A stretch of 64,000 bases of DNA, taken from contig NW_026262690.1 of NCBI RefSeq assembly GCF_021869535.1, positions 71,238,001 through 71,302,000 on the forward strand, read 5' to 3'. Source of the stretch: Mytilus californianus. Lineage: Eukaryota. Below are positions 39,144 to 52,469 of this stretch, in pieces. The notes beneath the pieces were generated by a model. That model was not told the origin of the DNA. It searched no databases and saw only the letters and a list, made by a program, of their open reading frames with translations. The position numbers and the translations under genes are program-made. Numbering within the stretch: the first letter of the stretch is position 1; every line of letters starts with the position of its first letter.

Positions 39144-39573
39144 AAATTGGCCTTAAACACCAACAATCAATCAAATAAAGATTTTTATCTCTTTGCCAAA
39201 AACTCTTACATAGATTCAAAATATTAGATTTAAAGAAAACAAAGGTACAAATGATGGACAATAATATCATCTAAAAGTTAAAAACCAAATACTCTGACGT
39301 ACATGTAATGATAACTTTTGGATTCCAGTGTATTACAAAAACTTAATATTGATCAATGAACAAATGCATATGCCATTCATATTTTAACAGTATGATCAAT
39401 ACATGTCAAATGTTGATGTAAATAATACAAATTGATATACAATTTCTGATACATATGAATGTACATGTGTATAATGTCTTTTTGGAAATGTATTGGAAAG
39501 AAATCAATTGAATGAAATATATGTAAAATAAGTGAGTTTTAAATAGAAAAATTGTTTTTATTTTCACAGAATC

Positions 39574-42014
39574 ATGGCAGAAGTACATATCATAGGACAG
39601 ATTGTTGGTGCTAACGGATTTCCAGATCATAGTTTGTTTTGTAAATGGGGAATACATACAGGTACATTTGTATGTTAAAATAGAATAATTAAACAACATA
39701 CATGTACATGTACAATATAGTTGGACTGATGTTTGATGAATTTTGATTATTTAGAAACTTCTTTCATTACTTATTTATATCTAAATACTTCTAAAAATGA
39801 ATCTTAAAGCTACGTTTGGATGACTGTGTTTAAATTTTATTTGTAGTATATTAGCACTTAATGATAAGTGATAACATTGTATATATATGCAAATTCTACT
39901 GCTTCTTTTCAAATTATTTTTTACCTTCATTGTTATTGAACTATAAGCAATGTGCATGATAAAAGTGTATACTTACACTCACCAATGAAGACCAAAAAGT
40001 CAAATTCAAGTGGTAGTTGTTAGTTTTTACACTATAAGATATTGTTTCTGTAAAACTTCATGTACCTCTTATATCAATTCAATTTTATAATACTTATAAT
40101 TGATATATTTTGTATTGTCAGGAGGAGCATGGAAAGCTTTGTCTGGACTAAGAGAAGGGCAAACACAAGTAGATAACCCACAAAATTATGATGAAGCATA
40201 CTGGGCTCATCCAATAGATGTTCACTTTACAACCAAAGGTTTACAAGGTAATTTTTTCAAATGAAACAATTCTTAATTTTAGTGTCTTTACGGTGAGGGC
40301 ATTCTATGTATAAAATTCTTTATACTATCTGTCACTATGCCTCAAAGTAGTTTCTTTTCAAAAAGTTTAGCTTGTATCAGCAAAATCTTTTAACATTTAA
40401 TGGTTTTGTTATTGACTAGTAGGCACACAAAGCGGTATGATTTAAGTACAGTAAGCACTTGCCTACAGTTAACTTGACTTTTTAAAGTTTATTGCTAAAA
40501 TGAAGGGTATAAAGCTATACTTAAAAAATATTTTCTAATAACAATGCATTTCACTTTTTCTGATATAAGCAAAAGGGGATGTACATGTAGCTATCCAATG
40601 AGACAGTTATCCAACAACACAATAAAAAGACATCAGAAGTCCACATACAGTAATCAACAATAGACAGATGTCCATATAAAATGTCATGCTCTTGAAAAGA
40701 ATAATAAAAATTTAACAAAAACTATATCAGAGATCATCAATACCAAATTCCCTAAATGACAAAACATTAAGATTTTACAAAAAACAACCACTGATGAGGT
40801 TCTTGACTTTGAACAGGCACATGGACATGTGATAGACTGTAACTACTGTTGTATTTTGAGATATACATGTAAACCTCCCCCTTTTCAGTTTCTATCAATG
40901 GAATTACAATGAATTCATGATAGGGTACTATGATAATAAGTACAAAAAACAACTAAGCTCTATAAACTCTATAATAGATAATAAAACACAATACATGTAA
41001 TAAACAAAATTGCATCAAGGAATGTTATGATTTTATGAATATATGATTGTCAAGTTTAACATTAATGTTCCATGTAGACTATACAAGACATGATGATGCT
41101 TAAATCCTTTAATTTGATAATCTTTGTTAATTGAATTCTGGTCCATGATTTATACTCTGAATTTTTAACCCCATACGGATGTCAAATGAAAATGCTTCTA
41201 AATTCATATTTTACCAAATAGCTCAGAAGTCACAAATGAGGTAGACAGTACTTAAAGAAAGCTTTTATGTGTTTCTCAGACTGATGGTATACCTGTTCCA
41301 CACTGACATGCCATTCCAATTAGGATGAAATATAACAACCAGAAGAAATGGGAATCTGTGGCTAACATTCATTTTGAAATTTATTTATTTTGGCTTCCAT
41401 ATGCCAAAACATATAAAAGCAGAAAATTTCTGAAATTTGAATAAATTGAGATAATGTTTATATTTCAAAGACAAAACAACAAAATAACACCAATACACAC
41501 TTGTACAGTTCTCTTGTACAGATGTTAGTAGAATATACTTTTTTAGCATTATAAATGGCTTGTTCTATACCACACCATTCAACACTTTAAGTATTGAGGA
41601 CACTTTTACTTAAAAGCCAAAATGGAGTCCTTATTAACCCACTGCTTGTTACTTAGAAATAAGATAAATCTGTAAATAAATTTTAATTCTTTTTTTTTAG
41701 GTTGGCCAAAAATTCATTTTCAAGTTTGGCATCAAGATTCATTTGGAAGGAATGAACTATATGGATACGGATTTTGTCATGTGCCTACATCACCTGGTAC
41801 CCACAAAATTTCATGTCCAACATGGCGACCGGCAGGAACATTTAGAGAACAAGTTTCTCAATATTTTGTTGGTGGAGGACCACAGCTGAAGAATCCTGAT
41901 CTGATTTACAGTGGAGCTGATAGATACAGACTAAATACAGTTGCCATGGGCAATGTTCACATGAATATAGGTGTTGTTCTTAGAAACTTTGACAAATATG
42001 GAATTGAATGTTGA
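39574..42014 (+). CDS. B9D2: B9 domain-containing protein 2 (ciliary transition zone, MKS complex)
   Basis: Exons 39574-39661, 40122-40247, 41701-42014 = 528 nt, 175 aa: [47 protein letters not shown]...[34 protein letters not shown]...[14 protein letters not shown]...CPTWRP...GGGPQL...YSGADRYRL...[10 protein letters not shown]. An acceptor TTTTCACAG ending at 39569 indicates a 5' UTR intron. Confidence 0.97.
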
Positions 42015-43599
42015 TTTTTAAAAAAAAATACTGATAAAAGTAATCAGTACATTAGTTTCCTTGAAATGTTACCAGAGGCATACACGAATTTTCAATTCAG
42101 AAATATCAATAGCCCTTTCCTTAATTCATTTTTGATATTGTGAATTTATTGGATACAAATTGTTTTTTTAAGTCAGCACCAAATTTAAATTGCTGTTCTC
42201 CATGGAATGTGATTTCTGATGTGGCATATTAGCAAATTATGAAATTATATATTAATATGATAAATTTCAAACAATAATTTATAATTTGTATCCATAAATC
42301 AAATGAATTAGCCTTTGTATGCCTCTATTATTCCAGCAATTATATTATGGTCATTTGGTTAGAACATTTTAATTGACCAAAGTTATAATAAAAAAACCAT
42401 GTTTAACATTGAAAGGAATGGAGGGTCAATGTTCTTAATTTATTTCTATTATGTACATGTATTATGTAATTATGCTGATAGTGATTTATTATCCAAAAAA
42501 TTTATTCTTTGATTTCTCATCAATCAGGATTTTCCATTTTAAATTTATCAGTAATTATACAGGCATCATATATAATAATATAACTTTAGTAAGATTTATG
42601 ATGTATAATTATGTCAGTTCAAGAAAATCCAATAATTCAATTATTTTTTGTCTGGCTGTCAAAGATTATGAGGGTTTCTTTATTTTTTTAATAATTTTTT
42701 TTTGGTGATTTGTAAAAGGGTTCACCAGTCAGTCTCCAGTTATAGATACAATGTTGATGTTTGCAAGTGGTGCAAGAATATGGTTGTTTGGAGAGAATAT
42801 TTTATCGGTTAAATAAATTTTTAAAAAGTAGAAATGTTGTATGTTGCTAAACATGTCATTTCAAAGGAATATCTGTATTGATTTATGATCTTGTCCATGC
42901 AAAACTTATGTTACAAACAACAATTGCTTGATAACATGAAAAAGAATATTGTCAATATTTCAACTCTCAAAGCATGTTTATCAACATTTTATATTTACCA
43001 AAAACACTGTATTTGAACTAAATAACATGGTAATGGAAAACTTATTGCAGCTTTTGGTGTTGTGAATAATTTCCAAATGCTATACATTCTCTCTTGAAAC
43101 TTGTATTGATTCAACAAATGTTACATTTATTCTTTTCATACATACAAATAGTTCACATGACAGTTTGAATATATGTAAGTAGCAAATTAGCAATATGTAA
43201 AGTTTGTAAATAAATTATATATATTTCAAACATCTTATTTTTTAGTGGTTATAAAGGCACTTTACTTGAAGTGGTTTTAATTGAGTTTTTAAGATATCCA
43301 GTAGTGATTGGTGAACTCAATGGATCACAAATGACAATAAACAAGTGTCACAACAAAATGAATCTACCAGAGTAGTAATATCTTTTACTTTTCTGAAAAT
43401 ATACTTATGATTCAATGGTTTTTCTCTTGCCTGCAACTTTCCTTGAAGAATGCAAGACATAGGGATTACTATCTGGAGGTGGTGATGGACTATTTTTTAT
43501 GAGCTTTATATTTCAGAGGATAGAGACTTAGATGCTTCATACCTTGTAAACAGATGCCTTATATGACGAAGTTTTCATCTGTCTTATGTCCTTTTGCCT

Positions 43600-45780
43600 T
43601 AACATCATTTTCATGGTTCACTACTGTTTAAAAAACTGTATAGTATTTTTGTCAGGTGAATCTCTCTCTTATTATGAATAACATGATAATTATATTTGGT
43701 ATATGGGTTCCTAACCTTGCAAGGTCTACATGTCCGTCATACAGGGTTCATCTGACCTCTATCTCATTTCATTGGGTAAGTTTTCATGGTCAAGTCAGTA
43801 TCTCAAATACATTAAATCAGAAGATCAACCATATTTGATGTATGGAATGATTGTAAGGTGTAGATGTTAGTCTAGCAGGTATCATCTGACCTTGACCTCA
43901 TTTTCATGGTTCATTATTCAAAAGCCACTGCAAGGCAGGGTTCACCAAATAATGAAAATCAAGGGTGGAGGAGGGATGTCAACGATTTTCACGCTACATA
44001 AGTGGTAGTGATCCCTGTAAGCAATAAGTCAACTAAATTTGGTGGTTTGAATCATTTTATAGTGTTCATGTCTGTCTGCCACATTCCATGTGATCTTGCC
44101 CTTATTTTTATGCTTCATTGGTCAATAAACTCATCATAGATACCAGGATTAAAATTTTGTATGACAGACATGCCTTTCGTCTACAAAGGACTCATCAGTG
44201 AAGCTCGATTAAAAAAATTTTAGAAGCTCTAATAAAGAATGAAGTTAAAAAGCATTGAGGATCCAAAATTCCGAAATGTTTTGCCAAATACAGTCAATTT
44301 TAAGTTTTTGTGGTTTGGTCTATGATTCAGAAGTTAAAAAGGAATAGATCAACTTTATTTAGTGTTTGGAATGATTGTAAGGTGAACATGTCTGTAATCC
44401 AGGTTTCTTCTGACTTTGACTTCATTTTCATGGTTCATTGGTCAATTTTAAGTTTTGTGTTATAGTCCATTTTTATCTCGCCTACCATGAAAAATTCAGA
44501 ATGGGAGACATAGGAATTACAATCAGACGATGAGGGCATACACTATTTGTATTAATCTTTTTATTCCAAAAGGTAGAAGACCTGGATGATACATACGCTG
44601 TATGCAGATACATTATGTTACAAAGTTTCCGTTTGTCATATGTCCATTGTCCTTGACCTCATTTTGATAGTTCAATGACTGCTTGAAAAAAATTACAGTT
44701 TTTTGTCATTTGAAATTCTCACTTATTATGAGTAATAGGATAATTATATTTGGTATACGGGTTCCTTGCATGTTCTACATGTCTGTAAGACACAGTTTGC
44801 CTGACCTCGACCTCATTTCATGGATCAATGATCAAGGTTAAGTTTTCGTGGTCAAGTCCGTATCTCAGACAACATAAGATCAACTATTTTTGGTATATCA
44901 AATGATTGTAAAGTGTACATGCCTGACTGGGAGGTTCATATGACCTTGACCTCATTTTCATGGTTCATTGGTCACTATTAAGATTTTGCGGCTTTATCTG
45001 TTTCATTGGTCAATGATAAGTTTTCGTGATTTTGTCAATTTATCAGATACTATAAGCAATAGGTCAACTATATTTTGTGTATTGAATGATTGTAAGGTGT
45101 ACATGTCTGTATGGCATGGTTCATATGACCATGACCCAATTTTCATAGATCATTGATAATGTTAGTTAAGTTTATGTGATACTTGCAGATATTATCAGGT
45201 GCGGAACCAGGATTTTAGGCTAGAGGGGCGCAAACTTAGATTTTAGCCGAGCGGAGCATATGTAGTGTAAAGAATGATTGCAAGGTATATATGTCCTTCT
45301 GGCATGTTTCGTCTAACCTTGACCTCATTGTCATGGTTCAAGTTTTGAAGATAAAATATCTTTCTCAGGTACGGGGTACCAAAAGCAATAGGTTAAATAT
45401 ATGAGATGTATGGAATAATTGTATTTGTACATGTCTGTCTGGTAAGTTTATCCGACTCATTTTCATTGTTTAAAGTCCAGTGTTAAGTTTTCGTGGTGAG
45501 GTCTATTTTTCAGAAACTATCAGCAATATGTTAATTATATTTGGTTTATGAATAAACTCATCATAGATAACAAGATTGATTATAAGGTATACGTGTCTGT
45601 CTTGACCTTGACCTTATGGATTATTGATAATGGTTATTTTATGTAATATCTGTAGCATAACCTTTTTCTTTAAGACTTCCAACATAAGTTCAATTATGAT
45701 CACAGCATATGCACTCTCATTTCAGCATGTGGCACAGTGCACTCTTATTTCAGCACGTGCACTCTTTCTTGTCTATCTTT
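43600..45780 (+). repeat. degenerate tandem array of about 160-170-bp monomers (GACCTTGACCTCATTTTCATGGTTCATTGGTCA family), with nested insertions
   Basis: The motif plus GAATGATTGTAAGGTGTACATGTC recurs through the interval; inverted copies at about 13100-13870 and 15930-16530. Confidence 0.7.
44160..44208 (-). ncRNA. minimal type I hammerhead motif (family 1): core intact, stems I and III eroded
   Basis: Minus strand GAGCUUCA-CUGAUGA-GUC-CUUUGUA-GAC-GAAA-GGCAUG-UC-UGUCAUAC. Confidence 0.6.
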
Positions 45781-48700
45781 TTGATCTTCTGATATATGGA
45801 CAAAACGACCAGATTAATTTGCATTTACATATACACACATTAATAACAGGTTTTATTGACATAACTCAAATCATGCTAGAAACCACAATGCCACATATCT
45901 TGTCACTCGATAGAGGACATTGTTACATCTCTTTTCAGTTTTGAGGACAAATTAACATGATCCTTAAATATATTGCCTTTCTGTTATATACTCGGTTGGA
46001 GGGTTGGCACTTCTATCCTTTTGTGGTAGCGGTGAGTAGCTGATCGAGACATCCAGTTCGCCAGCCTTTTCACCTATTTTAAATTCCAAAAATCTAATAT
46101 CCTATCAAATATTTTTGCCAAAAATATACTTACAGCTATCATGATTACGCTATATCATGGAGAGATAAATAGTTTTGATAATTATCTTACGCATTTACGA
46201 CAGTGGTTTTAACAGAAAAAAATTCGACATCTGTTTCGTTTCAGATACTTTATATGATTTAATCAGCAACCTTGTCATATAAGTTATCTTAATACCTCAA
46301 TCTTAAATATCATGAAGCTGGAAGTAGTGAATCCAGCAACTCATTCTTACCACTCATTACATAGTAAGTGGCCCTCGAGGGTATACGCTTTGAATGGAGT
46401 AGTTGTTTTTTCTTCATTTCTATAGATTGATCATATTTATATTCATCCTCTAGGCTGGTCCTCTCCCTTGCAACATATACCTTTGTGTATCTGTCAGAGC
46501 CAAACAGATAAAGGACAGAGAACCAGTCTAATTCATCCTCATAAACTGCGACTTTGATTTGGCCTTCCAAATGTTTTGATTTGAGCATCACTGAGGGGTC
46601 TTATGTAGACAAAACTCGCTTATGGTGTACCGAATGGTAACCCATGCCATTGTCAGTTCGTTTTTGACTTTTGTTGTATTCTAAACTTTTCTTTGTTTAA
46701 CCTTTTCCCCATTATTGTGTGTTATATTTTCAGAATAGGATTCAAAAGCTATAAAATTTATTCATTTATACAACATATTGCAATCAACTGGAAAATTTCA
46801 ATTCTGAAACCTTGAGAATTACCTCATACTTGAGAATTTTGTGTACCCATATTGATTCATATTAATTTGAATTATCAAGTCATTATTAAGGTAATGCACC
46901 AAAAGTGAGAATTCAATGATAATTTTAAAATGTATTTCAATAAACTTAACCACAAGTTTAAGATTAAGTCACTGGGGAAACATGCATCTAATGCTTTTTT
47001 TCATTTTAGGTGATAAACCTTGAAATCTAAAGAGATGAGATATGGCATAAATAATAATGAAATAATTTATTATCGAACAATTAGAACAAAGTATAAACAT
47101 ATGCATTATAAATGAATTTTCTATGTTATTTCTTTCTTTAAATATACAAGAGAATGCATTGTTGTAATGTCTTTAGTTTTTACTGGAATGATCAAACAAG
47201 AAACCCCCTTTATTATTCTTTTGATAAACTTTGTTTGGCCCAAAGGGGAATGTTTTCGTAAAAATAAAAATGTATCTGTGTTAACACCTGTTACAGTTGT
47301 CAAATAAAGTTCAGTTCATCTAAAGCACATGTCAATAAAGTCACTGTGAATCATTAATCCTTAACCTAGCTGTCAAAATCTTTTTGACAAAATAAAAATC
47401 TACATAGTTGTATACATGTGATTGGAATTTTTCAAGTTGATTGTAATGGGCTCTATTCACTTTTTTTATCAAAAGATTTAATTTCAAAGATTTAAATGGA
47501 TTTATGTATCCGTTTTTGCCTCTTGCTTGCAAATATTGGTAAACTAAGTGACTTGATGAAATGAAAAAAAAAGACTACTGATAATTGTAATTTTCTATGA
47601 TGACCATTATTGAATTGAATTGTGTTATATAGAGTATTTGTATTAACAGATAACTATAGGATTGTTCCATTGGTGTCGGTATTAAAACTTAAGAGAAAAA
47701 TGTCAATATTGATACTAAGGATTTTCTTCCCCAGAATTAGATTAATTTAGCTGTAAATTGCAAACCCTTTGAGAATTTTTGGTCCTCTATGCACCTGAAC
47801 TTCGTACTTTATTTGGTCTTTTAAGCTTTTTGGATTTAGGCGTAATGATAAGTCTTTTGTTGACGAAACATACGTCTGACGTACAAAATTTTAATTCTAA
47901 TATCTATGAAGGTCATGAACTTTCAAAAGCATGAATTAGTCCAGGAATGTTATAATGAAAAGCAAACAATACCACAAATAAAAGAAAAAGAACAAACTAA
48001 CTAACAGTATATAATTTAAATAATGAAACAAAATGCAAAAATAACAAAATTTTAAAGCTAGGGATGTATTATTTTGATATTAGGATAATGAATCCGGTAA
48101 AAATATCAATGAAAACAAAGCATGATAGCTTTATGAAAAAGAAATGTGTACTCGGATCACTTACCTATCAAGGTTCATAATAAGTTGATTTTGATCAATT
48201 CTTATCTTTTATCAATTTTGAACTCAGGAACCAAATTCTAATATTGAGCTGATGACCAAATATTTGACCATCATCAATAGAATGCACAATGATCTACACA
48301 GTATCGAGGTCATATGTTATACTAAGGTTAAAATCCTTTATCATTTTCATATTGTTTGTCTTTTGGTTTTTTTGTTTTGCCATGATGGCATTGTCAGTTT
48401 ATTTTCGACTTATGAGTTTGAATGTCCGTTTGGTATCTTTCGCCTCTCTTTGAGATAACATTTTATATATAGCGCTTTTCTATTATTACTTTCACTAGGA
48501 ACGTTAAAACCTAAAGATTGAAAGCCAGGGGTGTATAGATACGTTGAAATGTTAGAAGCTGTATTAACAAAAAGAAGAATAACCAACACTCTTGAAAGGA
48601 TTCACACAGTGATCATAACACAGAAAATTTAAATGGAAGAACAGTATGGCGACTACAAAAAAACCTTTTCTAATCGCTACACATCAATCATCGGGATCAA

Positions 48701-51700
48701 CGTTTGACGAACTGAGTATGGTGTAGAATTTCAAAGAGGAGGTCATATCGTTTATATAAAAATAAGGAAGATGTGGTATAATTGCCAATGAGGCAACTCT
48801 CCACCAGAGACCTAATGACATAGAAGTTAACAACTATAGGTCCTCGTACGGCCTTCAACAATGAGCAAAACCCATACCGCATAGCCAGTTATAAAAGGCC
48901 CCGAAATGACAAGTGTAAAAAAATTCAAACGAAAAAACTAACGGCCTGATTTATGTTAAAAAAATGGAAGAAATACAAATATGATACACAGCAACAAACG
49001 ACAACCACTGAATTACAGGCTCCTGACTTGGAGCACGCACATTCAGAACTTGGCGGGGTAAAACATGTTAGCGGGCGCCCAACCCATCTCTTAACCTAGG
49101 ACAGTAGTGTAACAGTGTTGTAACATATGAACAAACCATAAAAATCAGTTGAAAAGGACTTGACTCATCAGATCGATACAAAGGAGAAAAACAAGTAACA
49201 AAGGCACAGAACGGACGTGGCAGGGTATTTATACATCCCTACAACAAAAAAGACACTAAGTACAGATCTGAGAGTACTCGCAGTTACTGACAGCTAGTTC
49301 AAAGTTGATAACAACTATAAAAAATCATGCATCTAAGACTAAAGGTTTATTTCTGATTATGAATACTACATGTATAACTGAAATCTAAAAAAAAATGGTG
49401 TTGCCGATGAATAGTTTGAATTGCAAAGTAAAATAGAGTTTTAAATATGAATTTTGTTTTGGCAACTACCATGCTACCCTAGTTCCTAGATAAAGGTTAT
49501 CATTGCATTCTATGGTACATTTTGTCTTTTCTATAGAGTCCAGATGAGTGACACAATTAACCTGCCAATACGACTTACATGCCTGTTAAAATGCAGAATA
49601 CTGTAGGCAATAATAAAATGATAAAACGATAAAATTCGATATGGCATTAATATTCATGAAATACATGTAATATCTAACAGTTTGGAAAAAGTACAAATTT
49701 ATGCATAATAAACCAAGTTTCTGTATAATTTCTTTATTTGAATGTATCAAAGAGGAAGTCTTTATTGTAATGTCTTCCTTTTCACTAAATTGATGAAACA
49801 AGCAACTTCCTTTAATATTTTACAATTGTTCAAAAATAGTTCAGTGTTATAAAGCGCAAGTCAATAAGGTAACTATGAATCATACATCCATACCACAGCT
49901 GTCAAAATCTGTTTGACAGGATAGTAATTTACAAGTTATACGATTGGAATTTTTCACGTTGATAGCAAAAGGCTCTATTTCCTTTTTGGTCAGAGGTTTC
50001 AATTCAATGATCTAAATGTATTTTCTTCCCCCCGGGCGCCACTATCAAAAATATTGGTAGGACAAATGACGGTATTTCTTGAAAAAAGACCATAACTGTT
50101 ATCAAATAAACTCGTCATAGATACCAAGATTAAATTATGTACGTCTGCAAAAGATCATGATCAGTACTTTCATAATCAGTTTCAAGTTGATGGATTGAGT
50201 GTCTGTAGTCACAGATAACTAAAGGTTTGTTTCATTGGTTCCAATAATAAAACAAAAAAGAAATACATTAATATGAAAGTTTTATTACTTTTAGAAGCAC
50301 CAATTAGTCAAGGAATGATATAACAAGGAACAAATTGATAAAGGATGAATACTAATGAGGTTATTCTACATCCTTGGCTTTCAAATATTCGGTTTTGCGC
50401 GTTCATGATGAAGGTAAATCAAAAAAAGCTCTTCGGACGCATGAAATTTATAAAGTGTTGTTTTCATTTTTTAATTGTTTTGTATAGTTGGAGATATTTG
50501 ACAAAGTGCAATACTCAACAATCTATTAAAACTGATTTCCATTTTGATATCATTTAAAATTAGTCCGGTAGAACCAGCAATTTAAGCAAAATATAGAATA
50601 TATTCTAAGAAATGCGTGTTTGGTGCTGTTGTTTGTTCAAGGTTTATTAGTGGATTTCGATCAGTTCTCATTTCTACCAATTTTAATCCCTATGAATTCA
50701 AAAACGTCTTGTATGTGTAATAGTGGTCGTGAAAAAATCTATTGCCGAGGAATTGCATCTAGTGGTTTTTGTGTCTTTTGTCTCAAACTTTGTTGAATCA
50801 TTCAGTAAATTCAATGCAAATGATCACTAAACATGATTGTATTAAAATGATATCACAACCGATTATTCATGGACCCAAATTTAAATATGTAGTAAAGCTT
50901 TGATCTTCTTCATTTGTATACACATTTCCCTCCAGACCATCAAGGTCATAGGTCATGTTGAGGTTAAAGTTATTTCAGCATTATGGAGCTCAGTCAGCAG
51001 ACTTAACTCTCATGAAACATAAATCAGCAGACTTAACTCTTAAGAAATAATAGTAAAAATAATTATCTAAACAGAGGAAATTCCAGTGAGAGGTCTCGGG
51101 ACTAAAACATCTTTTGGCTATTCATTTGTAGTCTCTTTATGTAATTTAGCTCCTCACGATTTTAGGTATTTATGCATCCTTAGTTATCAAATGTTCTGGT
51201 TCAGGCGTTCTCGATGAAGGGGAACCCAGAAAAAGCTTCGGACCTTCGGAATTTATAAAGTGTAAATTTCATTTATGGTGGTAAAGCCTAGTCATAATAT
51301 GTGAAATTCCATGTGGTAAATTCGATAAATCACATGAATATTCGTTTAAGAGATCTGAAATTGACTATGTTTTTTTCTGTAATCATTGTCCTCATTTTCT
51401 GTCCTTATATTTATTTTATTGTCGTTGTAAAACGAGATTGTGACAATGTCGTTATCTCTCAATTTTTCATCGTTTTACAAACTGAACACCAAATGTATTA
51501 AGATTACCTGTTATAATTGGCATAGTTACTTTTGTTTGCCGATATGCATGTCGGCAGCATTGCCACAAGGTTATATGCCAAGTACTTATTTTGAGAAATT
51601 TATCAGGTAATATAAATAACGAGTTTAGTTTTTATGTAAGTGGTAAAGTTGTATCTTAAATACGAGGCTCGGAAAAAAAAAATTTGTAGTGTATTTCATA

Positions 51701-52107
51701 CTCCTTTCCATAAATGACTAAAAATCACTTAGCTTATTTGAAAATTAAATAGTGTTAACATTTTCGAGGTGACAAGATGCCATGACATACTTTAACCTGA
51801 GACAAACAGATGAAGTGAGTCTTTATTTTTTAAGACACCACATACAGATTGTCAAGTGGATTAAAGAATAGAGACAAGTCATACTGATGCAAAGAAGAAA
51901 ACAAATAGCCAAAAACACACATAGTTTTATAATGCAAAAAGCAATAGAGACTGTTTTCACCTTTACTATTTAATGTTATTCTTCTCCATATCATACTGCC
52001 ACCTACCATTTCAGACGAGGGATAACAGGTACGACTGGCAAACGGTAGAGATCAGTTGAGGAAAATAATATAAAAACTCACCAAAGATAACAAGCTTATA
52101 ATTTTGT

Positions 52108-52149
52108 ACGCCAGACGCGCGTTTCGTCTACAAAATCATCGGTGACGCT
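52108..52149 (-). ncRNA. hammerhead motif (family 1): intact stems I and III but damaged core and stem II
   Basis: Minus strand GCGUCA-CCGAUGA-(GUC deleted)-UUUUGUAGAC-GAAA-CGCGCG-UC-UGGCGU; stem III ACGCGCGU is a perfect palindrome. Confidence 0.6.
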
Positions 52150-52469
52150 AGAATCAAAAAAATTAAATGCATAATAAAGTACGAAGAGCTTTTAAAATAA
52201 AAAATTTCAACGGGTTTGTCAAATTTCGCTGATAATATTAAAAATATACTTCCACCTGATGCAAATCTCTGATTCCTTTTAGATTTTGCTATACTTTAGG
52301 TCCTTTTTGGTTTTATCTGCTGTTCGAAGTTTGTATTAGGTTTAGGATTTTCAAATATTTTGGCCTCGAGCATCACTGAGACATTAATGCGAAAATTTGT
52401 ACCGTTTATTACTAATCAATCAGATTGCTGTAGAGCCAACAGCATAACATTTTGGCATATGGACACCAT

